Source: Phoronis australis
Lineage: Eukaryota > Animalia > Phoronida
Assembly (NCBI GenBank): GCA_002633005.1
Contig: NMRA01000720.1
Location: 96,727-160,726, forward strand
Direction of reading: 5' to 3'
DNA: 64,000 nucleotides
Shown: positions 49,123 through 60,800 of the stretch, one piece after another
How positions within the stretch are numbered: position 1 is the first letter of the stretch
How the letters are laid out: every line of letters begins with the position of its first letter
The notes under the pieces: model-generated
Database searches by the model: none
The model's input: the letters and a program-made list of their open reading frames with translations, nothing else
What the model was told of the DNA's origin: nothing
Program-made: the position numbers and the translations under genes

Positions 49123-49585
49123 ACATTACCATGTTAATATTACCATTTCTGTTTGATTTTACTCGGCCAGTGTCGATGACGAAGGTGGGAGAGACTCGAG
49201 GCGGTTCCAAATAATAGGCCATAGACGAAAGTGCAAATTGGCTTGTTTCCTTTGAGCTTGGTTTGGTTTGGAAGCGATGATAGAAAGCAATTGACGTTGA
49301 GCCGGTTGCACTGGTGCAAGTTGACGTGGCCATCCCCTTTAGCCTTCATTGTACCTGCCCCCCACCTGGTCGATCGCCATGACTTAACGTTCCCATGCCT
49401 CCACACCCCACCTGGTTTGTAGTTGCCGCAGATCTACCGGGCCATGTCGCCCCCCCCCCCCCCNNNNNNNNNNNNNNNCCCCCCGGCTGTCTCGTTGCCA
49501 ACTCAACTTGAGGGATAAATCTGTTAGCTTTTCACTATCCACACATCCATCTCCTATGTCATATGACTGGATTATGTTATAGATT

Positions 49586-51508
49586 ATGGGTATCAGCTGG
49601 TCTCGAAGCACCGCCATGAAGCCGGAAACTGCTCCCGTCCATGAACAACGAATGCTGCGTGTCTTCAATCGGTTGCTGTCCGAATCGGAAATGACCAGCA
49701 AAGATAAACGTACGTTTCACTTCTACGTGTGGAAAAAATCGTTCAACCTCGCCGATCGACCATTGGATCGCCATCTTGTGGCGGATGTGACACTGGACAA
49801 GCGCCATTTTGTTGCAATAGAACTCTGTAAAAAGAGGTCACGTGATGGGAATTACACGTTGTATCCTGACGCGAAATTCCTCGAACTTGACGACTTCAAA
49901 GTAAACTCAATCGAATACGTTGGATCGAAGACGCTTGCTGACGAGAATTTTGAAAAGGCGGGTGAACATTTTGTTAAACAAGCTGTTGACACCATGTTGG
50001 ATTTTGGCGAATATTTTTTCCCACTTAACAACTGTCAGGATTTCATAGACATTTACCTTAAAAATGTGGGTGTTGGTTACGAAAATAAATCGAGAATAGG
50101 CGCGCTCAATTTTGGTGAAAGTAGCTCTATTCCAAGTTATTACACCGATGTCGGTCGCTTTCAGTGGAGGTTGCATAGAATTGTAGTTTGGATGTTCGTG
50201 TTATTGGCTATTGGATTTTTGTTTTACCCGTGGCCACAGTGGAGCGCTACAAACGAAAACCCTTTTTTGGTATTAGTACTTTGGCTGTGGGGAGAAGTTG
50301 CAACTACATTCTATATTCTTCTCATGCTTGTTTCAGTTGGACGTAGTCTCCTCCACTGGGATTCGTCTGCTGGTTCAAAATATCTCTCCTTTTTCATTAA
50401 CAAATACACTGCCTGTTGTCCTTTTATTATGAACTGTATCCTGTATATTAGTAAAGGAGACAAAGCATCTTTTTGCAATTGGTATGCAACTCTCGCTGTC
50501 TGCGCTTTAGCAGAATTTCCCATAACGTCGACGGATTTCGAGCTCTCAAGAACGTACCGTTGGGTTCTGCGGTGTGTTATTTGGCTATCTGTCGCCATGC
50601 TTGCTCGAGTGTTTTCATACACTCACGAAATAAGCGTGCTTGAATGGAACAACTCAAGAATTGATACCATGTTTATATTTCATTTTTCAGCTTATTACTT
50701 CTTTCCTACATCTGTCGAACATTTTTTCCGATCTATCTCCAAGCGTTATGGAGTTGTTTTGCCTTTACCCAAACTAGTACTTTTCTGTAGCTGTTTTTTA
50801 AGCTTTTTTCTTCTGCGCTACTTGCCTTACGCTCCCTATTTAGGTTATCATGCAATTAAAACATTCATGGAAGGCACTGATGTTTTGTTCTTGTGTGCAA
50901 ATTCCGTCGATATGTTACTATGTCATTTTCTTCTACCTCGCTTCTGTCGTACGAAGGAACGCCCGCCAGAGGGCATCGTAGACACTCTTTCTGATGATGA
51001 TGTTCAAGAACGCTGTTTATTGATTCGCGGTGGTCGTCGTGAAGTTTTCGCGGCTTCTGCACTTCTTCTCAGTTCGTTAAATCCGTATTTTTTCTATACG
51101 TTCATAGTCTTAAAAGGTCTTGTTGGGTGCAGTCGCGTGTGGTATTACTATATTTTTCTCAAGTTACATATTCCCGAGTATTATTATTATTATCATAATT
51201 TCTTCATCTTTCCCCCTTGTCTATTGTTCATGATGGCCTTTCTCACCGTGACTCTTTATTTCTTAATAATGTTCCCTCAGCCTGCCGCCACGGTGTTGAA
51301 GTGGAATAAAGAAACAACTGAATTGTTATTAACGCTAGGGTTGATGTTTGTTTGTATGCTTTGTTATTTATTATTGCTTCTTACGATGGTTAAGTTAAAG
51401 CTGGAATATGTAGTTAGGTTTGTTATATATCTGAGGGTAGTATCCTTTGTGGAATACCATGTAGATTCCAATGTATTCAGAAGGCTATTTAGATGGATTT
51501 TGTTTTAG
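49586..51508 (+). CDS. Single-exon 640-aa protein: putative permuted NlpC/P60 (LRAT/PPPDE-like) domain fused to a multi-pass transmembrane domain
   Basis: 1923-nt uninterrupted ORF in AT-rich DNA. Starts MGISWS (MGxxxS myristoylation consensus). H63 in DRHLVADV, E79 in VAIEL, then YVGS and YFFPLNNCQDF (C150). Roughly ten hydrophobic segments from about residue 198. The ORF is secure; the domain call is motif-based inference. Confidence 0.75.
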   Translation: MGISWSRSTAMKPETAPVHEQRMLRVFNRLLSESEMTSKDKRTFHFYVWKKSFNLADRPLDRHLVADVTLDKRHFVAIELCKKRSRDGNYTLYPDAKFLELDDFKVNSIEYVGSKTLADENFEKAGEHFVKQAVDTMLDFGEYFFPLNNCQDFIDIYLKNVGVGYENKSRIGALNFGESSSIPSYYTDVGRFQWRLHRIVVWMFVLLAIGFLFYPWPQWSATNENPFLVLVLWLWGEVATTFYILLMLVSVGRSLLHWDSSAGSKYLSFFINKYTACCPFIMNCILYISKGDKASFCNWYATLAVCALAEFPITSTDFELSRTYRWVLRCVIWLSVAMLARVFSYTHEISVLEWNNSRIDTMFIFHFSAYYFFPTSVEHFFRSISKRYGVVLPLPKLVLFCSCFLSFFLLRYLPYAPYLGYHAIKTFMEGTDVLFLCANSVDMLLCHFLLPRFCRTKERPPEGIVDTLSDDDVQERCLLIRGGRREVFAASALLLSSLNPYFFYTFIVLKGLVGCSRVWYYYIFLKLHIPEYYYYYHNFFIFPPCLLFMMAFLTVTLYFLIMFPQPAATVLKWNKETTELLLTLGLMFVCMLCYLLLLLTMVKLKLEYVVRFVIYLRVVSFVEYHVDSNVFRRLFRWILF

Positions 51509-52550
51509 AATTTTTGTGTTGATCGTTTTTGGTTAAGTCTCATTGCTCAATATCCAGGTGTTAAAAATGGAAAAATTAACTTTGAAGAAATGGAAATCAT
51601 ACAACTGGTCTCATGATAGGACTTTACAAGGAGAAATTCTCCAACAATTCAATAGACCCGTTCTGAGTTTCATAGGGGTTGGCTTGGCAGCTACGCCAAC
51701 ATTTCAAAATCCAAAGAAAATATTGCATTTATGTATCTCCTGTGACTTGAGTTGCAGACTCATTCGAAAACAGTTTAGGAACGGAGGTGGTGTTGTTTTT
51801 TTTTTTTTTTTCAATAGACCTCAGTAGTAGGCCTAAAGCTATTTGGTTTAGAATTCAACCGTGGCAACTAAACTGGGGCGCAATGTCCTTTTTATTGTCG
51901 GCCCGAATCAACACGTGACACAATCACGCCAAGTATGATACGAGATGAATGTGACTTTAAATGTTAACTGTTTGTGATGCGAGTGAAGGTATAGGCGGTG
52001 CTACTGCCACCTGGTGTGTTTTATGATCTTTGAAAAAGTATTCACTTTGCTATTCCAAACACAAATGTTCAGTTTGCTATACCTGGAATTAGGAAACACG
52101 TGTTAGTGTGTTACAGCAGCGCGAACCCCACTTTCCAATTTTCGGGTCATATTCCAGTCTCTCCGAATCTAGGAAACTCGTCTTTAAACAACAAAACAAG
52201 AAAAGAATGGTCATATTAAAAAACGGAAGGAAGTGAATGTTGCGGATACATAAATGGAAAGTGGATAACAATAAAAATGAAGCTTATAGTTTCCATGTTT
52301 CAGTTTATTTCTTTGCAAACAAGTTGTAAAAATTACGTCCAAGGTAACCGTGAGCCCAAGCTCATCATACCTCTATGTATGTATTGTATGTATGTATTTA
52401 TTATAGTGACAAGTGCAATGCATTCAAACAGTTATAGGTATTACATTCGTAAGAAAGATAAGTAACCACACAACTCGGTCGGTTTCTAAGTTCAAAAGCA
52501 GACTTGATATACTTGGCAAATTGCTTAGGGAAACACCGAAATTTAAATGA

Positions 52551-52880
52551 AGTGAAACCAGTTCTGATAATTTGTTGTGACCTGTACGTAACCTCGTGAA
52601 ATATCAACAGTTGTTAGAAGACTTGGCGAGAACAGAAACTGGCCAATAGGAGACGCAATATTTCATGGCACCGAAAGCCGACGCAGAAGATCCCTCCACA
52701 ACTTTAGCAGCAGAATAACGGTAGACCGCCAATTTTTCTAAATCCAGAAAATAATTTTATTTACTCAAATAAGTGTGTATTTTATAATGACACTAATTTT
52801 GTATCATATTTTATGTAATTTTTTTTACCCACATCGGCGCTAAGCTGTATACTTAGTATCCAGGTTTGTACCAAAGGCTA
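52551..52880 (+). repeat. Diverged direct repeat, copy 2
   Basis: Same ordered blocks as 42108-42513. Confidence 0.8.
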
Positions 52881-54033
52881 GCACGATACCAACAGTTCTA
52901 CTATTGCAAGAATTTGAACCCCGTTTCAATGCCGAAATTACAATTTTTTTTCGTTGTACTGGACTGTAAATTAGATGTTAGAATTTCTCGTCACAATACA
53001 CTAACCGAAAACTGCACCAGATAACGAAGGAATCTGGCACCTCCTCTAGGATAGCACGCAGGAAAATGTCGGGAGTTTCGAATCTGTTGCCTGTAATCTA
53101 TGGTGGCGTTCTTCATTGTCCGAATAAGAAATTTTAGTCGTCGTCATCGCCAGACGAAACCATTCGGTATCAACAATTTACGGGTGTGACTGTACCGTGG
53201 GCAATGTGGACCCTAGCCAGCCAGTTGCCCCTTAAACTTGGAGTGCTAGATATTTACCGACTATAGTACTTTAGCTGCATGAACACTATCGTACCACTGT
53301 GTGTTAGACCCCGAAATTTCAAACGCCTGTTGACTGCACGGGTATAGTTGATTTATGCACGTCACCTCGTCGTAAAACTTAGGTTACATCAACATGTACA
53401 CAACTGTAAAGCTAACGGACCGGCAGGGTTGAATTATTAGGGACTTAGTCTTGGCTGTCGCTAAAAAAAGATAAAACTGCAAGAGCGTGAGGAAATATTG
53501 AGTTTATTGATTAACCCCGGAAATTAACGTATAAGGCTGAAACAAGATTTAACCATGTGCAGTTTTAGTTTGTTGATTTCAAGTGTCAGATTCAGACATC
53601 TGGTGCAATCGTAACGGGACTTTGGCTTAGTAATGGCTCTCCCGTCGTCTGCTACACTGTGCAACGAAGACAATTACTTCATTGTTTTAAAGGAAAACGG
53701 AATCTGAGTGACGTTGAAGAAACAAAATATTCTGGTAAGATGTGAATTTTAATCGCAGACTTAGTGAATCTCTCAAAAACTCATAATTCTCTCTCTGTAA
53801 AACCTTAAAATTAAGACGATTTCCAAAGAAGTTGCCTCATTGCCAACACAAAAACGGATTTGGTCTTTTGGGCAATTTGATACTATTTTAAGCACAAGAA
53901 CTTGTGTTACGAACTGATTCAGTACAAAATAAGAAGCGTGCAATATAAGCACTACAAAAAGAAGTAGGTTTCGCCCACAAACGCTGTGGAACATACATGT
54001 AAACAAGTTGTCTCTTGGTGACAACTTGTAAGT

Positions 54034-54100
54034 GGAAGCGTGGTGGTGCAGTGGTAAAGTACACACGCTCTACTAGACAAGTTGTGAATTCGAGTCCGTG
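54034..54100 (+). mobile_element. Degenerate tRNA-derived SINE head
   Basis: A-box-like TGGTGCAGTGG and B-box-like GAATTCGAGTCC at tRNA spacing; no complete cloverleaf. Confidence 0.35.
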
Positions 54101-54363
54101 TTCATTGAAGTTTTTGCAGTTTGACACGTTCTCCGTGTTTTTTCTTTTAATAATACTTCAGAAATCAAGGAAAATGCTTGTTTTTTTAGAGGCAATAACA
54201 AAATTTACTCCTGTGCCATCCACTCGGTGCTATGCGCATAAACAACATACCTAGCCTTTAATATGGGGGCTCGAATTTCTGACGAAGTGGACATTTTGTT
54301 AACGGAAAAGCGGGAGGACTAAAAAAGATACGAGATTCTCTCAGACTTTTTATGCGTTTCTGA

Positions 54364-54483
54364 TGGTGTAAGGGTGGGTGGTGTTAGGGTGAGTGGTGTT
54401 AGGGTGCATGGTGTAAGGGTGGGTGCATGGTGTAAGGGTGCATGGTGTAAGGGTGCACGGTGTAAGGGTGGGTGGTGTTAGGC
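54364..54483. repeat. G-rich ~15-bp repeat (TGGTGT(A/T)AGGGTG)
   Basis: About 8 units with GGG runs, some reading TTAGGG; G-quadruplex potential. Confidence 0.8.
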
Positions 54484-57400
54484 TGGATGGTCCAATACCT
54501 TCGGCTTACTAATTAAAAATTCATATTTGTGGTGGACATTGAATCACTAACTTTACGGTCTCTGCATGGTGAACCATCTCGTGAATGATGATGATTCGGT
54601 ACTTGTTACACCCTCTGCTGGTGATCATAAGAAGATACGATGTTGTAATCAGTATGGGGCTAGTCACGGACAGCGTGAGTGTCCTTAAACTAATGTACTT
54701 GCTCATATTTATCACCTTTTTGTGACCCACAAATACTGGCACTGTAGTTGGTTAAGTCAAAATTTTTATTCGACATGATTTTTATTTTAAGAAAATAATG
54801 CAATTTTACCCCGAGTTAAATTCTAATGTTTTGTTGATATTTGAGTAAATGAACAAACTTGTCAACTAAGGTCCTAAATAACCTTAACGGACCTACAGCA
54901 CTTTTTAAGGAATTTATGTACCTAGATAAAGTACTTTGGCCCACTGTGATGACGTTGCACTTCACCGACATACTAGAGGCTTGTGTGAAGAAACAGAGTT
55001 ATCAAGAAAAATTAGTACTGAAAACTTGAACACGTAATCTATTCGCTTTTTTGCTCAATACTTTGCTCATTTTTCATGGAAGTCGTGTTATTTCAACCTT
55101 CGATAAATTCAGCGTCTCTTACCATAGCGATTGAGTTTTCTTGATTTCTCAAAATTTGAGATTCGTTGCTTCTTCAAATATGTTCCTTGTTTTCGTCTAT
55201 GCTGGCTTCATCTGATTCTGTCCAATCGCGATCCTGTTTAGGACGAGTCAGCGGACTAACAAATCCTGCATCCGTTTGCACTGCATGTAGGCCTACGAGT
55301 TATTGTAATCGCATTATTCGTGTAAACTTTCACTTAGATTTTACGAAACTTACAATACATGTCATCGTGTGTGTGAGCCTATGGACGGACTCCAGTTAAG
55401 ATTTTCAGCTACACACCCTGACTAGAGCTCTCATGTCACTGGACCGTGATTGCAAGCCATCAGTGGCCAACGTATATATAGGCACTGAAATAAAGTACAG
55501 TTTTGCTTCAAAGTCAAAATGGTGACGTCAGTTTGGCCGGAGAATTCCGGAACATTAACTGACAACTGCAGTTTTATTTCAAACTAAACTGATGTCGAAT
55601 GACAGCGACAGTTTACGCAGGCCAGCAGCTCAACCCCGGCTTCGTCAGCTCGGCGGGTCAGCTAGCGCGGCACTGGCATGCAGGCAGTGCACTAGCTCAG
55701 GCGTCTCCTGAAAATAAAAGCAAAAATGCTGCTAATCCAGCATTGAACGTCTCACACTCGTATGAGATTGAACCTTCTAGAGCTTAGGCCACCAAGTGCT
55801 ACACATGTAACCATGTTTGTAGATGGTTACGCGAGCCGGCAGGGGGGGGGGGGGGGCTTNNNNNNNNNNNNNNNNNNNNNNNNNNNNNNNNNNNNNNNNN
55901 NNNNNNNNNNNTACTAGCTGACGAGTCTCTCTCCGCGACTAATTACTTGGCAGGAAACTAACCGTGCGTTCGTCTTGGTGTTTTTATATACACTTCCATT
56001 CCAACTAGCAGCGTGGGGCGCGGTGTTTGTGATAAATGTGGAGCGTCTGTGTCCGTTGCACTTTATCAACTTCTCCGCTCTTGCTGCGCGCTAAGGCGCC
56101 AGGTCTTAGCCAATAGAGGTCGCTATAATCAGGAATATTTTCATTTTAAATAACTTTATGAAGCTAAAAAGGCACTGTTTACCAAGTTACTGTAGTATGA
56201 CTAAACAAATGGGAATAAAAGATTTAAGCACAGTGAATTTGTCAGAAAAACTGACAATTTACATGCGTGATTATTGAAGATATTTAGAATGCATTTATAC
56301 ACCAGCACAACTATCAATACTGTTTAATTTATATAATCAACTTTTTACCTTATTGAATAAAAAGGGTCTTTGTCGTTATTGACACGTTGTGCTCGCGAGG
56401 GCGCAATGCGGAATCGATATCAAGAGATTTCGGAGACATAATATTTGTAAATCGTGGCAGCCGGTGTTCGTTTGACCTGGCGCCCGTAAATGGTTAACAG
56501 CAATTGATGTCTGTCAATAGCAGCGGATATAGAGGGGTCCTTCACGTATCCGCCCAGCCTTGGTACAAAACTGTACACTAAATATGTGTTTTGACGACAG
56601 TCTTCTTACAGCTAGCTGGCTGGCTATTATCAACCATGTACTTGAAAGCTTACAATGATTACGTGGTGTTAAAAAGCAACGTTATGACAGCTGAACACGA
56701 GTTTTTGTTTTTTTTTTCAGTGCAAATATGAACATGCCGGTTTTTAGAAATATGAATGCGCTTAGCCTCCTTATGTTTTATTGACAACGTGCGCGCACAC
56801 AGGGGGAGGCATTATTTAGGGGCTGGGTGCGCGCACCCAGGAGGAGGCATTATTTAGGGGCTGGGTGCGCGTATGGACAACGACTTTTAAAGTCACGCCT
56901 TTTAAGCAGTTTTAACGGAAAATATTTCTCAACGTGAAGCAAGTAAAATTGATAAAATTGCTATCTTTCAGCAAGAATATATAATATCTACAATGATTAC
57001 TCAGATATACAAAATGACGCATAGGATACACACAACCTGAGTAACACGTTCTCCGTGTGACTAATATCCATGCTGCATTTCCTAACAGAAAATATTAGTA
57101 ACAATTATTTCGTTTGTTGTCAGGAGATACGTAAATATGATAACAAGGGAATTTTCTTTCAAAGTCTATGCTGGTTCTATTTACGTTTACACTCCAATTT
57201 CACTGAGACTTTGTTAGTGGAAACAATGGGAACAAATGGCTTTTATTGATTTTGTATACAATTATGTTTATCGAAACCCGAATGGGTTTTACTTGCATAC
57301 GGCATAATTTTTCCTTTGGGTCAGTCTACCTTTGTTGATAGGGGTGTTCAGAGATTAATTTTCTGAACCATCATGTGTTTGGTCTGGTAGGAATTAAGTT

Positions 57401-57743
57401 CGGGGTGTTTCTAAGTATAAATTTAAACGTTCCAGAGTTAAAACTGCTGCTGATGTTTATGTATTTCAGCTGGACACAAGGTTCTATAAAAATGTGAAAC
57501 TTTGTCAAGTCATGGAATCAGTACTAGCTCCAATATCGTTCCCCGAAAAAATGCTGACGCGTAAATATTTCAATTGTACAGAAGTTTCTACAAAAACAAA
57601 TTGAAATTTTATATTATTTGAAAAACATAAATTATCAGCTCACAATTTATTCTTCATATTTTGCCTAAAGCTTTTATGTTATGATCACGTGATGAAACCT
57701 GTTCACCCCTTAGCGACGAGCGACAGGTGACGTCGTCCATTGT

Positions 57744-57757
57744 GCTTCCCTAGTTAC
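57744..57757. promoter_or_regulatory. RFX X-box-like motif upstream of the FAM166-like gene
   Basis: GCTTCCCTAGTTAC, about 135 bp before the ATG, resembles GTNNCCATGGNAAC. E-box ATCACGTGAT (~57684) and CRE-like TGACGTCG (57728) are nearby. Fits a ciliary gene. Confidence 0.5.
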
Positions 57758-57889
57758 ACACACGAAGCCCAGGCGGGGATAACACACGCTTTTTCGGTGC
57801 GTTTCAACTAGGATTTTTTACCGATTTTCGCACAGATAGTCGGAAAACCTTCGACATTCGTCCTAGTAGACACTACACAGCCGTTCACT

Positions 57890-60800
57890 ATGCCTATGCC
57901 ACAAAATGCCAAGAGTATTTTACAGACTCAAGATCCGTACCACACGCCAGGGTAAGTCAATATAATATTCGTAACAATAGACACTTGAATAGTTGCGTTG
58001 ACACAGACAGCGATAGGATCTATGTACACGGTGTGTTGACTCGGGCTACCGTAGTCTCGGTCAGTCTAGTATAAAACAATTATTCACCTCTGTCTGAGAT
58101 CTACTATCACTTCTTATCATTGCGACTGAATACGATGACTCCGTCTACAGAGGTCAGATAATTAAGTGGCGTAGCGGCTACGGCATGCATTAGCAAGTAC
58201 ATCGAGCGAGGCTATGGCCTCGCGTCGTTTGACTGTAGCGTTCACTTATATCTATACAAATGTTTTCTTTGGTTGAACACTGCTGCCAATGCCATAATTA
58301 AAGCGTACCCTCTTCATGGGAGCTATAGCCAAAACTGTGTAGCCTATAAGCAAAAGTGTTGGGCCATAGGCGGATTTAGGGGGGGGGGNGAACAAAAGGG
58401 GCACATCCCCCGGTCCCCGCCCCCCACAACTTTCGGGTCGCCTGTGAACATACATCCGCGCTTTGCCCAATTCCCCAAGTCAACATGTTGGGCCCCCTTC
58501 CCGTTATGGTATCCTAGGTCCACCACTGCGTGCCGCGGCCGGTAGTACTTTCCATCTGTGAAAGGGACAACAGGATTTCCTATTTCCACACCCCCTCTGC
58601 TGGAAAAAAACGTGAATTCTCATTTGAATAACTGGCGTCATATGACATATATTCCCGCGCGCACTCCGGCGAACTCAGTGGCTTGATGTGACGTCACCGA
58701 CAACGCACGCCACGAGTGATCTTCGCAGCCTTGTGTTACACTTTTGACATCTTCGTTAAAGCTGCATTCCCCCTGTTCACCATTAATGAAAATCGCGTAC
58801 AGAGTAGGTCTTTTACAGACTTTAAACCGCTCTCATAATTACCAAGTTCAGTAACTCAAGGGAATGTGAATAATTGTGGCATTTTCAAATTCCTAGTTCC
58901 AAGTCAGCCGGGTTGGCCAACCCAACTGATCTCTGAAATATTTTCTTGAGTCACTGATTGTCTCGATGGTGTTGTTGGTAATGGGAATAGGACTTCTATC
59001 GCAGCGCAAGGCTGAAATTAGTAGGCAGGCCATAGCCCACAACCCCACTATGGTTGGCCGCCATCGGATGTTGCGAGACCGATTTTCGTTTTTAGCCACA
59101 TAAGCATGGCGAATTCAGCTTTAACCTTATACTCATTCGGGGCTGTCCTGTCCTGCTTTTCAGCACTATTTTATCCTGGTACCACCTCGCTTGTGCGCCG
59201 TCAATAATTGACCCCACACAATTGAAAAAAATTGCGTACTCAGTACTCAGTTCTCCAGGAATTTAGGCGGTTGACAGAGTCCAGTATTTTACATGTAATC
59301 GCTCTGGCTATAATGTAAACAGCTTCAGTTCATATTTTGGGATAATAATTAGTTAAGGTTTTTAAGCCGGCATCAAGTTCTACAAGAGCGTTCAGAAGTC
59401 CCCACCAGAACAAGTTGTTATATTGTAGGCCTTGATTTGACAAACACACATAGCTTGTCATTATTGCACGCGTGTCATGTTGTCAAACGGGCGTATTGGC
59501 AAAATGTCAACAGGAAAAATGCGCAAGTCGTATTGGTTTTGACTTAGTTGTTTTACCCCAGTGCGCGGCTACCAGTTGTACAGGGAAAGACCTTCCCATT
59601 GCTGCGTATGGCCGTATATGTCAGTGAGAGTAAGCTTGGCTTTCCTCACAGACATTGCCTGCGGTTGCCTTAGAGTGCAGGTGTACTCAACTGGAAGTAC
59701 ATTAATACTACAATATGCCATTTATTAAGTTCAAGAATTACGGTTCATTTCCTTTTGCTGTACGGGGAACATCCTCCAGTCGATGTATGGATCATTAAAC
59801 GAAGTGGGAACTCTTGCAACATTGCGCAAACAATGTTTCGTGAAATCCGTTTTTCTGAATGATACAATCCGCTGGACATTATGATGTGAAACTGTACACA
59901 GTGAACAAACTGAAATTAACGATAATGCATTTTAAAAAAAACCGCATATCTGCCTGTCTAGCTGCCTAAAGGGTCACAATTCAACATGACCTTTACTGTC
60001 ATAAAGTATTCCTTACCGGGATCGGAGTTTATTTCCGTTACTAAAAAGAACATCGAACCATCAGCGACTCAGGAAAATGCTTTTTAAGCAATAATTAAAA
60101 AATAAATAAAGTTTAATTAAATAGCTTATTGGCGATGACCAACCCTAAAGGTGCAAATTCGAGAATGGTGCATGTACGCATTGCCTCGTACCTGAGTTGT
60201 CGTTTCAATTGGCAATAATTCAAGACTTGTTGAGCACGGTAATGTTTTAAAACCCAAAGCGCTTCGGTTAAGAATCCAATATTGGCAAGTAAAAAGGAGC
60301 AGTATGCAGGTTTGGGTGTTCCACTCAGTGAGAGGTGTAATCCTTTAGTTATATAAGTAAAATGTGGAATCCTAAAAGCTCAGTTGTTTCATAGCGTTAC
60401 CAGGCACGACAACATATACCGTACACCATGAGAACCAAGTTTCAGGCGAACATATAATCTGGTGATAATACTAAACCAATTCTTGTTTTGTACTTAACAT
60501 TATTTTCGGTTTAGTAAAATTGAAAAACTATTCAAACATGACCTCTGAGAAGACACCCATGACGCATTAAAACACAACACCGTCAATTGATGGAGTGGTT
60601 CAGGGTATTAGTGTATGAGTAATCCACGTATGAACTAAACCGTTCAATATTTCATTGTAATAATCCATGTGTCAAACCGTGATCCACAGTTTGTAAAAAA
60701 GTCTTCGACTGTCTCCACTTTTCAAACCAAGCCGTCAGGGCCTAATCTCTGTTTATTGACGGAGTATTCACACCCAGCCCATGCAAACATAACGTATCCA

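Noticed and set aside
54364-54483. Interstitial telomere
   Set aside because: TTAGGG occurs only singly within a longer ~15-bp unit, not as tandem hexamers.
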